A DNA stretch of 63,951 nucleotides, the filler included, from Octopus bimaculoides (lineage: Eukaryota), in NCBI RefSeq assembly GCF_001194135.2. It is 5 parts of 4 records of this genome, joined end to end, with 100 filler letters (N's around TTAATTAATTAA, not from the genome) between each part and the next. Parts side by side here need not be neighbours in the genome. Positions count along the whole stretch, not along the records: positions 44,558 to 57,783 come from NC_068993.1; positions 57,884 to 62,007 come from NC_069003.1; 3 more parts are not named here. One strand, 5' to 3'. Position 1 is the first letter of the stretch, and every line of letters begins with the position of its first letter. The notes under the pieces are model-generated. The model did not search any database. It was not told the origin of the DNA and saw nothing but the letters and a program-made list of their open reading frames with translations. Of this stretch, positions 48,688 through 59,989 are shown piece after piece. Both the position numbers and the translations under genes were made by a program.

Positions 48688-49045
48688 CAAGGCGGTGAGC
48701 TGGCAGAAAGGTTAGCACGCTGGTATTTCATCTGTCGCAATGTTCTGAGTTCAAATTCCACCGAGGTCGACTTTGCCTTTCATCCTTTCGGGGTCAGTAA
48801 ATTAAGTACCAGTTACGCACTGGGATCGATATAATCGACTTAATCCGTTTGTCTATCCTTGTTGGTCCCCTCTGTGTGTAGCTCCTTGTGGGCAATAAAG
48901 AAATATGAAACGTTAGCACGCCGGGCGAAATGTTTAGCGGTATTTTACCTTTCTTTATGTTCTGAGTTCAAATTCCGCCGTGGTCAGCTTTCCCTCTCAT
49001 CTTTTCGGGGGTCAATAAATTGAATACCAGCTACGTACTGGGTCG
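48688..49045 (+). mobile_element. Dimeric SINE family A, full length
   Basis: aaggcggtgagctggcagaa head, unit 1, linker gtgggcaataaagaaatatgaaacgttagcacg, unit 2. Confidence 0.85.
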
Positions 49046-49119
49046 TAATAGACCTTTCCTAGAATAGGAAAAGAATACACACTTACAGAAAACGTAGGAA
49101 ACCATCTTTTTTTATTATG

Positions 49120-49336
49120 TCCTTTACTCTTTTCAGTAAATGCTGGAATACGGCCTTCAAGGGTTTTAGTCAAACAAATCGACCCTAAGACTTATTCTTT
49201 GTAAGCCTAGTACTTACTCTATCGGTCTCTTTTGCCGAACCGCTAAGTTACCGGGACGTAAACACACCAGCATCGGTTTTCAAGCGATGTCGGGGAGACA
49301 AACACAGACACACACACAGATACACACACACACACA

Positions 49337-49380
<44 letters not shown>

Positions 49381-49665
49381 NNNNNNNNNNNNNNNNNNNN
49401 NNNNNNNNNNNNNNNNNNNNNNNNNNNNNNNNNNNNNNNNNNNNNNNNNNNNNNNNNNNNNNNNNNNNNNNNNNNNNNNNNNNNNNNNNNNNNNTATATA
49501 TATACGACGGGCTTCTTTCAGTTTCCGTCTACCAAATCCACTCACAAGGTTTTGGTCGACTCGAGGCTATCGTAGAAGAGACTTGCCCAAGGGGCCACGC
49601 AGTGGGACTGAACCCAGGACCATGTGGTTGGTAAGCAAGCTACTTACCACACAGTCACTCCTGCT
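49120..49665 (-). mobile_element. Full-length SINE family B; a second head follows at 49670-49838
   Basis: Head gcaggagtgactgtgtggtaagtagcttgcttaccaaccacatggtcctgggttcagtcccac, linker, central (TA)n-gap-(TG)n, 3' region ending aaagagtaaag. Confidence 0.85.
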
Positions 49666-50076
49666 TAGTTAAACGACGGGCTTCTTTCAGTTTCCGTTTA
49701 TCAAATCCACTCACAAGGCTTTGGTCGGCCCGAGGCCATAGTAGAGGACACTTCCTGAAGATTCCACGCAGTGGGACTGAACTTGGAGCCATGTAGTTGG
49801 GAAGCATGCTTCTTATCGCACAGCTACGCCTGCACCTATGTAAATATTCAACGTTTTTTTTTTCTTTCCACCTTTGTAGAGTAGCTTCAAACATGATGAG
49901 CTGTATGGAATCAGCCGCTTCTGGATGCGGTGATGAAGTGAATAAAATATTCGACCAAGTTCGTTCATCAATTGCAGATTTAGGATGTCCAATGTCATCA
50001 AGTAAGTATTACACACACACACACAAACAAATCCTAAACTTCTTAATTGGATGCAAAAGAGCTCACCATTTTTTAC

Positions 50077-50484
50077 CCAAAGCACTTTCATTAAGTTTGT
50101 CGTAAACGTCTATGTTTGTTAGCAGATGTTTAGTTAACCTTTGCTTCATACATTCTGAGTATTTCCTTTCATAAGTCCCAAGCTACTTTGAAGGTTGAAA
50201 CACACATTGGGAAAGAGCATCAGATGATACATGAGTGCCAGGGAAATATGTTCTGTTTGTCCAAAGCATTTTCATAAGTTTATTCTAAACGCCTATGCAT
50301 GTTTTTCTGATTTTTAGTTAACCCCTGCTTCATACGTTGAGTAGTTATAAAGTTTTCCTTTCGTAAGTCGCAAATGACTTCGGAGGTTGAAAGAAAATGC
50401 GAAAATGTATCATATACGATGCATAAACGCCAGGGAAATATATCATGTATACCACATGTGACACAAAACCCGGCAATGGGTTAA
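50077..50484 (+). repeat. Diverged 184-bp tandem duplication ending near a piggyBac-like GGG|TTAA
   Basis: ccaaagcactttcattaagttt...gccagggaaatatg (from 50077) and ccaaagcattttcataagttt...gccagggaaatata (from 50261); cccggcaatgggttaa at 50469-50484. Confidence 0.6.
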
Positions 50485-51819
50485 TGTAGTGAACCATCAA
50501 AGACGTTTAATTCATGACATTTAGACATGTAATGACAAGAAAACCTACGGCAGAGAACACGACTCTGGTATTCAAACTGATGCAAATATTTGAATGGGCT
50601 TTTGCCATGCACAAACCTTCTAATATATATATATATANNNNNNNNNNNNNNNNNNNNNNNNNNNNNNNNNNNNNNNNNNNNNNNNNNNNNNNNNNNNNNN
50701 NNNNNNNNNNNNNNNNNNNNNNNNNNNNNNNNNNNNNNNNNNNNNNNNNNNNNNNNNNNNNNNNNNNNNNNNNNNNNNNNNNNNNNNNNNNNNNNNNNNN
50801 NNNNNNNNNNNNNNNNNNNNNNNNNNNNNNNNNNNNNNNNNNNNNNNNNNNNNNNNNNNNNNNNNNNNNNNNNNNNNNNNNNNNNNNNNNNNNNNNNNNN
50901 NNNNNNNNNNNNNNNNNNNNNNNNNNNNNNNNNNNNNNNNNNNNNNNNNNNNNNNNNNNNNNNNNNNNNNNNNNNNNNNNNNNNNNNNNNNNNNNNNNNN
51001 NNNNNNNNNNNNNNNNNNNNNNNNNNNNNNNNNNNNNNNNNNNNNNNNNNNNNNNNNNNNNNNNNNNNNNNNNNNNNNNNNNNNNNNNNNNNNNNNNNNN
51101 NNNNNNNNNNNNNNNNNNNNNNNNNNNNNNNNNNNNNNNNNNNNNNNNNNNNNNNNNNNNNNNNNNNNNNNNNNNNNNNNNNNNNNNNNNNNNNNNNNNN
51201 NNNNNNNNNNNNNNNNNNNNNNNNNNNNNNNNNNNNNNNNNNNNNNNNNNNNNNNNNNNNNNNNNNNNNNNNNNNNNNNNNNNNNNNNNNNNNNNNNNNN
51301 NNNNNNNNNNNNNNNNNNNNNNNNNNNNNNNNNNNNNNNNNNNNNNNNNNNNNNNNNNNNNNNNNNNNNNNNNNNNNNNNNNNNNNNNNNNNNNNNNNNN
51401 NNNNNNNNNNNNNNNNNNNNNNNNNNNNNNNNNNNNNNNNNNNNNNNNNNNNNNNNNNNNNNNNNNNNNNNNNNNNNNNNNNNNNNNNNNNNNNNNNNNN
51501 NNNNNNNNNNNNNNNNNNNNNNNNNNNNNNNNNNNNNNNNNNNNNNNNNNNNNNNNNNNNNNNNNNNNNNNNNNNNTATATATATATATATATGGAAATG
51601 ATCCTTATATCTACTACATATAATTAATATTTTATTTAAACGCTCAAGGGAAATAACCCACAGCACCATTACTTATAATTGTCAGTTTTTAACGAAGCAA
51701 TCAATATTTGTTTCTCACAATCAGCGGGCCTAATTCTGCATTTCCCTACTCACATTTTTGAACTGCTAAACCTTATTATTGCACTTTCTTGATTTGAATC
51801 TTAAACCTTAAAGATTCAA

Positions 51820-51891
51820 ATCAACAAAGCATAGGGTCAGACATTGGAAGTGGTAGGCCTTAATCTTGCAGAACCTAATTTTTCACACGGA
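51820..51891 (+). pseudogene. Helitron PIF1-like helicase C-terminal motif remnant
   Basis: INKA*GQTLEVVGLNLAEPNFSHG matches TINKAQGQTLxxVGLxLxxPVFSHG; TAG replaces the Gln codon. Confidence 0.65.
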
Positions 51892-52109
51892 CCTACAATA
51901 CTGAATGAGGCTACTGGCCGGCCGACACACACTGCTACATACGGTGCAGGTAATAACATGCGTCTCCGTGACCTAGCTTGTAATTAAGTAGGCTTGACTT
52001 CGAGAAGCAGACAGGACCATACTGATCGCAGGAAAGGGACTCATTTGTGTCCTTGTTAGGGAGAGTAGAGTTCACATCCTCCATATATATTTACCACCGT
52101 CTTTATGAT

Positions 52110-52754
52110 AGACCTAAAATGTAGATTCTGCAACCCAAATTTGTGGTGAAACACTTGATCATTTCGTGTAGGGCTGTCTTGAGCTAACGCCAAACGATAT
52201 ATAAATATCGCCACGATATAAGGTAGAGTTATGTTTGCATTGGAAAATATGTAATCAGTACCAAATAGACACACCCGCTAACTGGCATGAACACCGTTCT
52301 GACTCAGTGGTTGAAGGCGAAAATGTCATCAACTGAGACTTGCCTAACTCTGACCGAACAATCCACGCTAATCGACCATACCTAATCATTAAAGAGTGAG
52401 AAAAAAATGCTTGTAAACTGATGGATATGTAACCCTTCTAACAATATATCTGCCAAGGAATTTGACAAGCCCAGTAAACGTAAGACGATAAGTAATTGAA
52501 ATACTAGACATAGCATTTTGAAGCGAAAACTGTCCCTGTTATTAGAAACATCTAGATAACCTCCCAGGAGACGCATCTCTCACAAATATATTTTTAAAAT
52601 GTGTTAACAAGTACTACCCACGCTCTTAGAAAAGCCCTATCAAATTAAATGCTTTTTACTGTAGTGTTCGTGTATTGTATATGTATTTTGTACTGTCTTC
52701 CCCACTTTCTTTCCCCAAACTTTCAACTCTACCTAAACATTTGTTAAGCTTCAC

Positions 52755-52823
<69 letters not shown>
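52110..52823 (+). mobile_element. Decayed R4/Dong-like LINE 3' half with (AAT)n tail
   Basis: KCRFC...ETLDHFV*GC...LHWKICNQYQIDTPANWHEH...DRTIHANRP...ISAKEFDK...VLTSTTHALRKALSN*, then UTR and (AAT)n at 52756-52823. Confidence 0.75.
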
Positions 52824-52828
<5 letters not shown>

Positions 52829-53229
52829 CAGCCATATAATAATAACATTGTATTTATCTATATTTACAGACGTACCCAAACTGTATGCTCGTAGCAGTGT
52901 CATCTCTGGTGCTTTCATTGCAGCAATCGCCTTAAAGAAGTTACTTCTCTAAATTTTTTATTATGACATTCATAAAATTGATAACTATATGTTGATTTAA
53001 AAGTTGTAAACTTGCTTTCTAAATGTATGCACGAATTAAAAAAGAGTACAAATTCTTGTTGTCTTAATCGTATGTTGATATACAAATTATAACTTGAGCT
53101 GCCATAAACTTTGAAATAAAATAAAATTTATTACCATAATAATTAGTTTCGTTTAATTAAGTTCCGTGGGTTTCAATGTTTTATGACATAAAGACAGGGA
53201 GACATACACATAAATACATGTTTACATAC

Positions 53230-53385
53230 ACTAATCCTGAGAAATCATGGTTCTGAAAATCAGAAAGGAGAAACCTAATTAGAAGACTACGGTTATATGC
53301 CATCAATGGAACTGTCAAAATATGTAAGAATTTCCCAAAGTACATATGCACATGTCTAGGCTCGAGAATATATGTATGAGCATAC
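53230..53385 (+). mobile_element. TACA-tailed R4-like LINE, extreme 3' fragment
   Basis: SERRNLIRRL..AINGTVKICKNF, homologous to the 54740 and 55280 copies. Confidence 0.6.
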
Positions 53386-53439
53386 ATTCAGAAAACAGAG
53401 CACAGGCCTATACATGCATTCACTTCAAATATTTGCACG

Positions 53440-54410
53440 TATTCACGCATACATGCAAAAACTACATTCTCGGCATCGGTGAAATTCCAAAGAAACCTCG
53501 TATCTTTATTAAAAATCTTTCTCCATTGGCAAGAAATCTAGACATAAAACTGAATAAAGGCATACATACATATGAAGAACACAGCAGAAGTGGCACGAAG
53601 CGCAGCCTCTCTTGGACTTAAGACCACTACATCACATCACACTTTGAAGGTTATGTTTTGCAATCCAGGAACAGGAGATTTCCACAAAGTACCTGGTGGA
53701 CAAGAGGGACAGTGATGCTCTTGTAATCCCAAGGTGCAACCGCATGTGTAGGTTATGTCATGTTCCTGTGGAAGACATTACGCATGTAATTAGCAGCTGT
53801 CCTAAAATGTCGTCACGGTACTACCTCCCTATGCGGCACGATGTTGTTACTAAAGCAATTTACAATGCCATTCACAAAAAAAGACTGTCCTGAAATAAAC
53901 TTAGAAAATCCCTCTATTATGGAATACATTCATAAACACCAACTCAAGGAATACTGGTGGAATATTCCCATCAAAACTTCTGTCAAATGTAAACACAACA
54001 GGCCGGCAAAGGTATGTAAGATCATAGGGGTTAGCTGCCCAGCAGATATAAATATCTCTTTGAAAATCAAAGAAAAAGAGAATAGATACGGTCAACTGTT
54101 TCGAAACTTTCAGCTTCTATATCCTGACTATGAATTTATATTCATACCAATAATAATTGGAGCATTAGGTTTTGTTAGTAAATGCTTAAAGGAGAATCTG
54201 GATAAACTGGGATTTTCAGAAAGAGAAATTGACTGGCTAATTTGTACATTACAAGTGCAATCTGTGAGTGGGGCATTAAAAATATGCAAGACTTTTCTCA
54301 AGTTCCAAATGTGAATTTGTCTGTGTTAACTACATCCCGAAGATTTATAATAATTAAAAACATAGAAGAGATACATACATACATACATACATACATACAT
54401 ACATACAAAC
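53440..54410 (+). mobile_element. TACA-tailed R4-like LINE, 3' ~1 kb (CCHC knuckle plus REL endonuclease)
   Basis: TSHFEGYV..IQEQEISTKYL; CRLCHVPVEDITHVISSCPKMSSRYYLPMRHDVV; WWNIPIKTSVKCKHNRP; ISCPAD-type VSCPADINISLKIKEKENRYGQL...IPIIIGALG...SVSGALKICKTFLKFQM*; (TACA)n tail from ~54372. Confidence 0.9.
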
Positions 54411-54459
54411 GTACATGCTGACACGCCATTGGTTATGGAAATGTGTGTTCCTGTTGATC

Positions 54460-54725
54460 CGATTAATGGAACAGCCTGCTCGTGAAATTAACGTAGAAGT
54501 GGTTGAACACTCCACAGACATGTATTCCCTTAACGGAGTTCTCAGGGAGATTTAATGTGACACAGTGTGACAAGGTTGGCCCTTTGAAATACAGGTACTA
54601 CTTATTTTTGCCAGCGAAGTGGACTCGAGCAACGTGAAAAGTGTCTTGTTCAAGGACAAAACGCGCTGCTGGGAATCGAACTCACGATCATGAGATGAAT
54701 ACCTCAACGACTAACCCACGCGCTT
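54460..54725 (-). mobile_element. SINE family C inserted between LINE copies
   Basis: gagttcgattcccagc B-box, ttgtccttgaacaagacact linker, shared body. Confidence 0.8.
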
Positions 54726-54739
54726 CATACATGCATACA

Positions 54740-55155
54740 TACATTGTGGAAATCAGCTGCCCAGCTGATGTTAACGTAAAGCTGAAGATCAGAGAAAAAG
54801 GGAATACCTACACTGAACTATTGAGAAATCTACAGTTACATTATCCAGATTACAAGTTCAGGTTTATACCTGTAATTACTGGGGTGCTGAGATATGTAAC
54901 ACACTGCCTAAAAAACCAATCTTGAGAAATTAAGGCTTCTCAAAACCAGAAAGGAGAAAGCTGATTCGAAGACTACAGATCCAAGCCATCACCGGAACAG
55001 TAAAAATCTGTAAAACTTTCCAGAAGTTTATCATTTAAGTATATATGAACATGTCTACACATGCAACTATATGCATGAGAATACATACATAAGACAAGAC
55101 ATACAAATCTGCACATATACATACATGCATACATACATACATACATACAGACAGA
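54740..55155 (+). mobile_element. TACA-tailed R4-like LINE 3' fragment
   Basis: IVEISCPADVNVKLKIREKGNTYTELLRNLQLHYPDYKFRFIPVITG...TGTVKICKTFQKFII*. Starts right after catacatgcatacatac and ends in (TACA)n. Confidence 0.85.
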
Positions 55156-55165
55156 CAGACAGACC

Positions 55166-55246
55166 TTTTGTTTTATGTATGTATTCTCATGCATATAGTT
55201 GCATATCTAGACATGCTCATATATACTTAAACGATAAACTTCTGGA
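55166..55246 (-). mobile_element. Inverted 80-bp 3' tip of the same LINE
   Basis: Reverse complement of 55019-55098 with about 6 mismatches. Confidence 0.85.
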
Positions 55247-55279
55247 TTTGGGATAGAGAAGAAAAACTGCGAACAGTTG

Positions 55280-55730
55280 TGTACATTAAGCTGCCCAACG
55301 GCTGTTAACATAAAGCTGAAGATCAGTGAAAAAGCGAACACCTACGCTGAACTATTGAGAAATCTGCAGTTACTCTATCCAGATCACAAGTTCAGGTTTA
55401 TACCTGTAAATAATTGGGCCCTGGATATGTAACACACAGCCTAAATACCAATCTCAAAATCAGAAAGGAGAAAGCTAATTCGAAGGCTACAAATCCAATC
55501 CATCAATGGAACTGTAAAAATCTATAAAATTTTCCGGAAGTTTATCATTTAAATATATATGAGCATGTCTAGATATGTAACTCTATGCATGAGAATACAT
55601 ACATAAAACATATAAATCTGCACATACATACATATACATACATACATACATACATACATACATACATACATACATACACACATACACACATACATCACAC
55701 ACATACATACACACACATACATACACATAT
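55280..55730 (+). mobile_element. TACA-tailed R4-like LINE 3' fragment
   Basis: SCP..VNIKLKISEKANTYAELLRNLQLLYPDHKFRFIPV...INGTVKIYKIFRKFII*, then (TACA)n. Confidence 0.8.
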
Positions 55731-56094
55731 GTATAACTGACACTCAACAAGAGACATACATTTGGCATGGAAAAGTATTCATTGAATATATGATAAGTGC
55801 CAATGTTACCAGAAGTACCAAGCTTTGTGAAAGAACTGGTTATTTTTTACCGATCGTATTCACTGAAAAATTCCTTTAGTCAAAAGCTTGGTGATTTCCG
55901 CCTCAAGCTTGAAATTACTACAAATGGTATAGTTGAAATCGACAACATTAACCTGACGTTAACAAAACAGTCTTGTTAACAATCTTGATATTACTGGCAA
56001 AAAAAATCAACGAACGTATTTTGACTTTCACACTAGAAACCGGAAATACGAAAAATAAATTAGAACACATGCGTGCGTACGAAGCCGTTCGCGC

Positions 56095-56445
56095 ACCAGG
56101 ATATAACTCCAAGATATATATAAGTGTAGATCATGTCGATAATAATTGGTGCTCTTGGTTCTGTGAGGAGATGCATAAGTCACAATCTGGATAAGCTAGG
56201 CTTTTCAGAAAAAAGAATCAACAAACTTGAGATTACAAATACAGTCTGTAAAGTAGAACAGTAAAAATACGCAAGACTTTCCTAAAATTTAGAATATGGC
56301 ATAGTTTTCGTTATCAACATTCCAGCAATGGAGCAATGTATCTCTGTGAGGAACCAACTCCTTCCTCAGAGGAATAATTCAAACAATTAAAAATAGAAGA
56401 GAACATGCATACATACATACATACATATATACATACGTACACACA
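56095..56445 (+). mobile_element. Diverged TACA-tailed R4-like LINE 3' fragment
   Basis: SIIIGALGSVRRCISHNLDKLGFSEK...TVKIRKTFLKFRI, distinct UTR, then (TACA)n. Confidence 0.7.
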
Positions 56446-56452
56446 TATAGAC

Positions 56453-56589
56453 ATGGCTGTGTGGTTAAAGAGTTCGTATGTGGTTTTGTGTTCAGTTCCG
56501 CAGTACGCTTGGGCAAGTGTCTTCTGCTATAGCCCCGACTGGCAAATGCCTCGTGTATGAATTTGGCTGATGAAAACTGAGGAAGTCCA

Positions 56590-56629
<40 letters not shown>

Positions 56630-56715
56630 ATACGTGCCTTTGGCACCTTACCGTTTGACAATCGCCGTTGGTTTACTTACATCCTCGTAAATTAACGGTT
56701 CAACAAAAAAGCCCG
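56453..56715 (+). mobile_element. SINE family B 5' half with internal (GT)n
   Basis: atggctgtgtggttaaag...gttcagttcc...cttgggcaagtgtcttctgctatagcc...gaaaactgaggaagtccatcg(tg)n. Confidence 0.7.
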
Positions 56716-57713
56716 ACGAAATAATGACGAAAAAGAAATATATGTATGATTAGTGTACATTTATACACAAAAGAGGTGNNNNNNNNNNNNNNNNNNNNNN
56801 NNNNNNNNNNNNNNNNNNNNNNNNNNNNNNNNNNNNNNNNNNNNNNNNNNNNNNNNNNNNNNNNNNNNNNNNNNNNNNNNNNNNNNNNNNNNNNNNNNNN
56901 NNNNNNNNNNNNNNNNNNNNNNNNNNNNNNNNNNNNNNNNNNNNNNNNNNNNNNNNNNNNNNNNNNNNNNNNNNNNNNNNNNNNNNNNNNNNNNNNNNNN
57001 NNNNNNNNNNNNNNNNNNNNNNNNNNNNNNNNNNNNNNNNNNNNNNNNNNNNNNNNNNNNNNNNNNNNNNNNNNNNNNNNNNNNNNNNNNNNNNNNNNNN
57101 NNNNNNNNNNNNNNNNNNNNNNNNNNNNNNNNNNNNNNNNNNNNNNNNNNNNNNNNNNNNNNNNNNNNNNNNNNNNNNNNNNNNNNNNNNNNTTTAGCGA
57201 CATCAGCCGAGCTTGGAGTCACCTGAGACTTATGTGCTTCCTTAAACTCTGTTATGTTTCCCTCGGACTGACTCGCAGAGATAACATAACGAGTTATACA
57301 ATTTAATTATTACATTTATTGTTCAATTACATACAAAGAACGCACTCACCCGATGTTCGTTATGAATAAACAAAAGTCATGTCCGCCATATATATATCAA
57401 TGACATTTTACTACGACAGTCCCACAAGACAACAACAATGAAACAATGAACTCAGACGAACCACATGACACACGGAACGTCAGACGAATTACATATCTAA
57501 CAGTCCATATAACAATAAGAATATTCATTGAACAATACCTTGCTTTATCTACTCTGGTTGGGCGTGCGTAACAATAATACGACCAGCATTACAAAAAGTA
57601 TTTATGACGAACCTCGTATGGCACGGCCAATTAATAGTAGACTGTCATATAGTGAAATTCTCATTAGTGGTGACAACGATGTACTTATAACACTCTACTT
57701 ATCTTTCATACAC

Positions 57714-57783
<70 letters not shown>

Positions 57784-59154
57784 NNNNNNNNNNNNNNNNN
57801 NNNNNNNNNNNNNNNNNNNNNNNNNNNTTAATTAATTAANNNNNNNNNNNNNNNNNNNNNNNNNNNNNNNNNNNNNNNNNNNNGATCTTATATATATATG
57901 GGTGTGAATAAATGTGTGTAAATATATATGTGTATGTATATACAAGTATATATAATTATATATATGTGTATGCCACACATGTAAATATAATTATTTGAAG
58001 TCATATATCGTGAAGAAATTATTTTGACTATTGTGGAATACTTTTATTCTAAACGTCAGGATTTCACAGAAATATTCGTATATTGCTCTCAGACAATATA
58101 TTTCATTGGTGAGTTTATAATTTTGATTTATCAAAGCGTTGTAAATTATTGTCATCGTTTTTATCGCACATTTCGTTCACCATTTCACGTTTCATTGGTT
58201 GGCTTCGCGGTTGTTTATTCTATATATTGTTTTTCTGATCTTATTATACTGAAAACTTTTTTCTAAAATTATCAAGCTGTATATCGTTTCTGATTGGTCA
58301 ATTCAGTTGTCGTTCACTATCTACTGATCAGCTGCAAAATTACATCTAGTTTTGTTAACCTGTGTTTTCTTTTACCTGCATTGAAGAATTGTTTATACCT
58401 GTTTATCGCTTATTCACTGGTTCGTTCGCAGTTGTTGCAACCTGTTTGTTTATAACGTCATTCATATTTTCTTTTGTAAAATTGTACTAATTCATGAATT
58501 GTTATTTCACATCATAAGCTGCTAAAATTGTTTTTATATACTCTGTGTGAAGGGGGAGTCACTTTGCGTCTCAAGATTCTAAACAATAATTATTTTTTGG
58601 GGGGGTTATTTTCGTTTCCTTTCCATTAAAGTTGGCATCATTGCGCCACCACCACTACGTCTACTCTATAACGGAATCAGATGCTTACTATACTTGCAAT
58701 TCTGAGCAGTTTTTAAAAATGAGTTCATTCTGGTATCTGTAACAAGATATCATTGCATCTATTCCGTTGAGCAAGTATATTTATTGCGTAATATATGTAA
58801 TATTTTTCTGCAGTATGCAAGAGGTATATCACAGAACAATTTACACAAGGAATTGCAGAGCTTTGTTATTAGCCATTTTATGTGTATTCTTATTTTATTC
58901 TCTTTTATGTTTCATAAGCTCATCGATATAAATGTCTCGTTTATTCTGCAAATATTGTATCGTTCATATATAGGTTGTGTGTAACCGGTTTTGAAGTTCT
59001 ATTTGTTACTACAATATAGTTTTTCTCCGTCCCTATTTTAATACTTTTGTCTTGTAAATTACTATATTTTAAGGAATTTCCGAATAACGGTCATAACTTC
59101 AACCTGTTACTTTGCATCTGTTTTCGCTCTTCAGCTTAAATCTATCGCAGTAAT

Positions 59155-59560
59155 GGCAAAAACTTCTTATCACTAATTCTCAAACACTTCCCAACCATCC
59201 ATAGATATAAGCTATTCAAAAAGAACAATAGTTCAACAAGCAAAACGTTCAAAGTCAGTTACACAAAACATATACACTTATTCCACAATATCTACAGAAA
59301 AACGCAACGTCCTTATCGATGTAAATCATCAATTTATAAGATAATAATAGGCAGTAACATCTTTTACATAAATATTTCTTGAATATGACCACTGGAAAAT
59401 AACATAATTGTGCTTGTTCAGCAAAAAAAAAAAAAACTAAGATGATATCACGTTACAGGCACCAGAAGAAATTCATAAAAAGTAAATAGATTCGATCTGC
59501 AAAGAAGGTAAACATCTAATGAGATACAAAGTATCAACAATTATGGAAGAAAGAAACAAA
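59155..59560 (+). mobile_element. Degenerate Penelope-like fragment (RT-endonuclease linker)
   Basis: In-frame GKNFLSLILKHFPTIHRYKLFKKNN...FKVSY resembles GK.FL.LID.HFP..H...KIFNRNT.KVSY; later NCACS. Confidence 0.6.
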
Positions 59561-59913
59561 TTAACCAACGGAAAAATGACGGCTAAGAACCACCAGATAT
59601 AAAATGTAGTCCTGCAGCAAACATATTAAAAAATAATTTTGCGAATTCTGACATAAAATAACAATATGTGAAGTAGTCGGAACGACAATCAGGTATGAAT
59701 GACATAATGAACATGCAGATATAACACTACCGAGTAAACCACTGAATAAGTGCAAAGCACATAAATATGCTTGGTAAATAAAGGAAAATGAACTGACATA
59801 GTTTAATGATGGGCAATGAGAAACAATACACAGATAGATAACTGACTGAAAAGAACAAAACTATTCCGATGTATATTAAACTAACACAGACACCTGAAGA
59901 AGAAAAGTCTTCC

Positions 59914-59946
59914 CTGAAGATTGCAGTGGCATGAAACTCGATACAC

Positions 59947-59951
<5 letters not shown>
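59914..59951 (+). ncRNA. Minimal hammerhead-like motif truncated by (TA)n
   Basis: CTGAAGA t-tgc-agtg-gca-t GAAA c-tcg-ataca-cga-ata: core, stem II and stem III are present with single mismatches; the stem I 3' strand is replaced by microsatellite. Confidence 0.4.
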
Positions 59952-59989
<38 letters not shown>

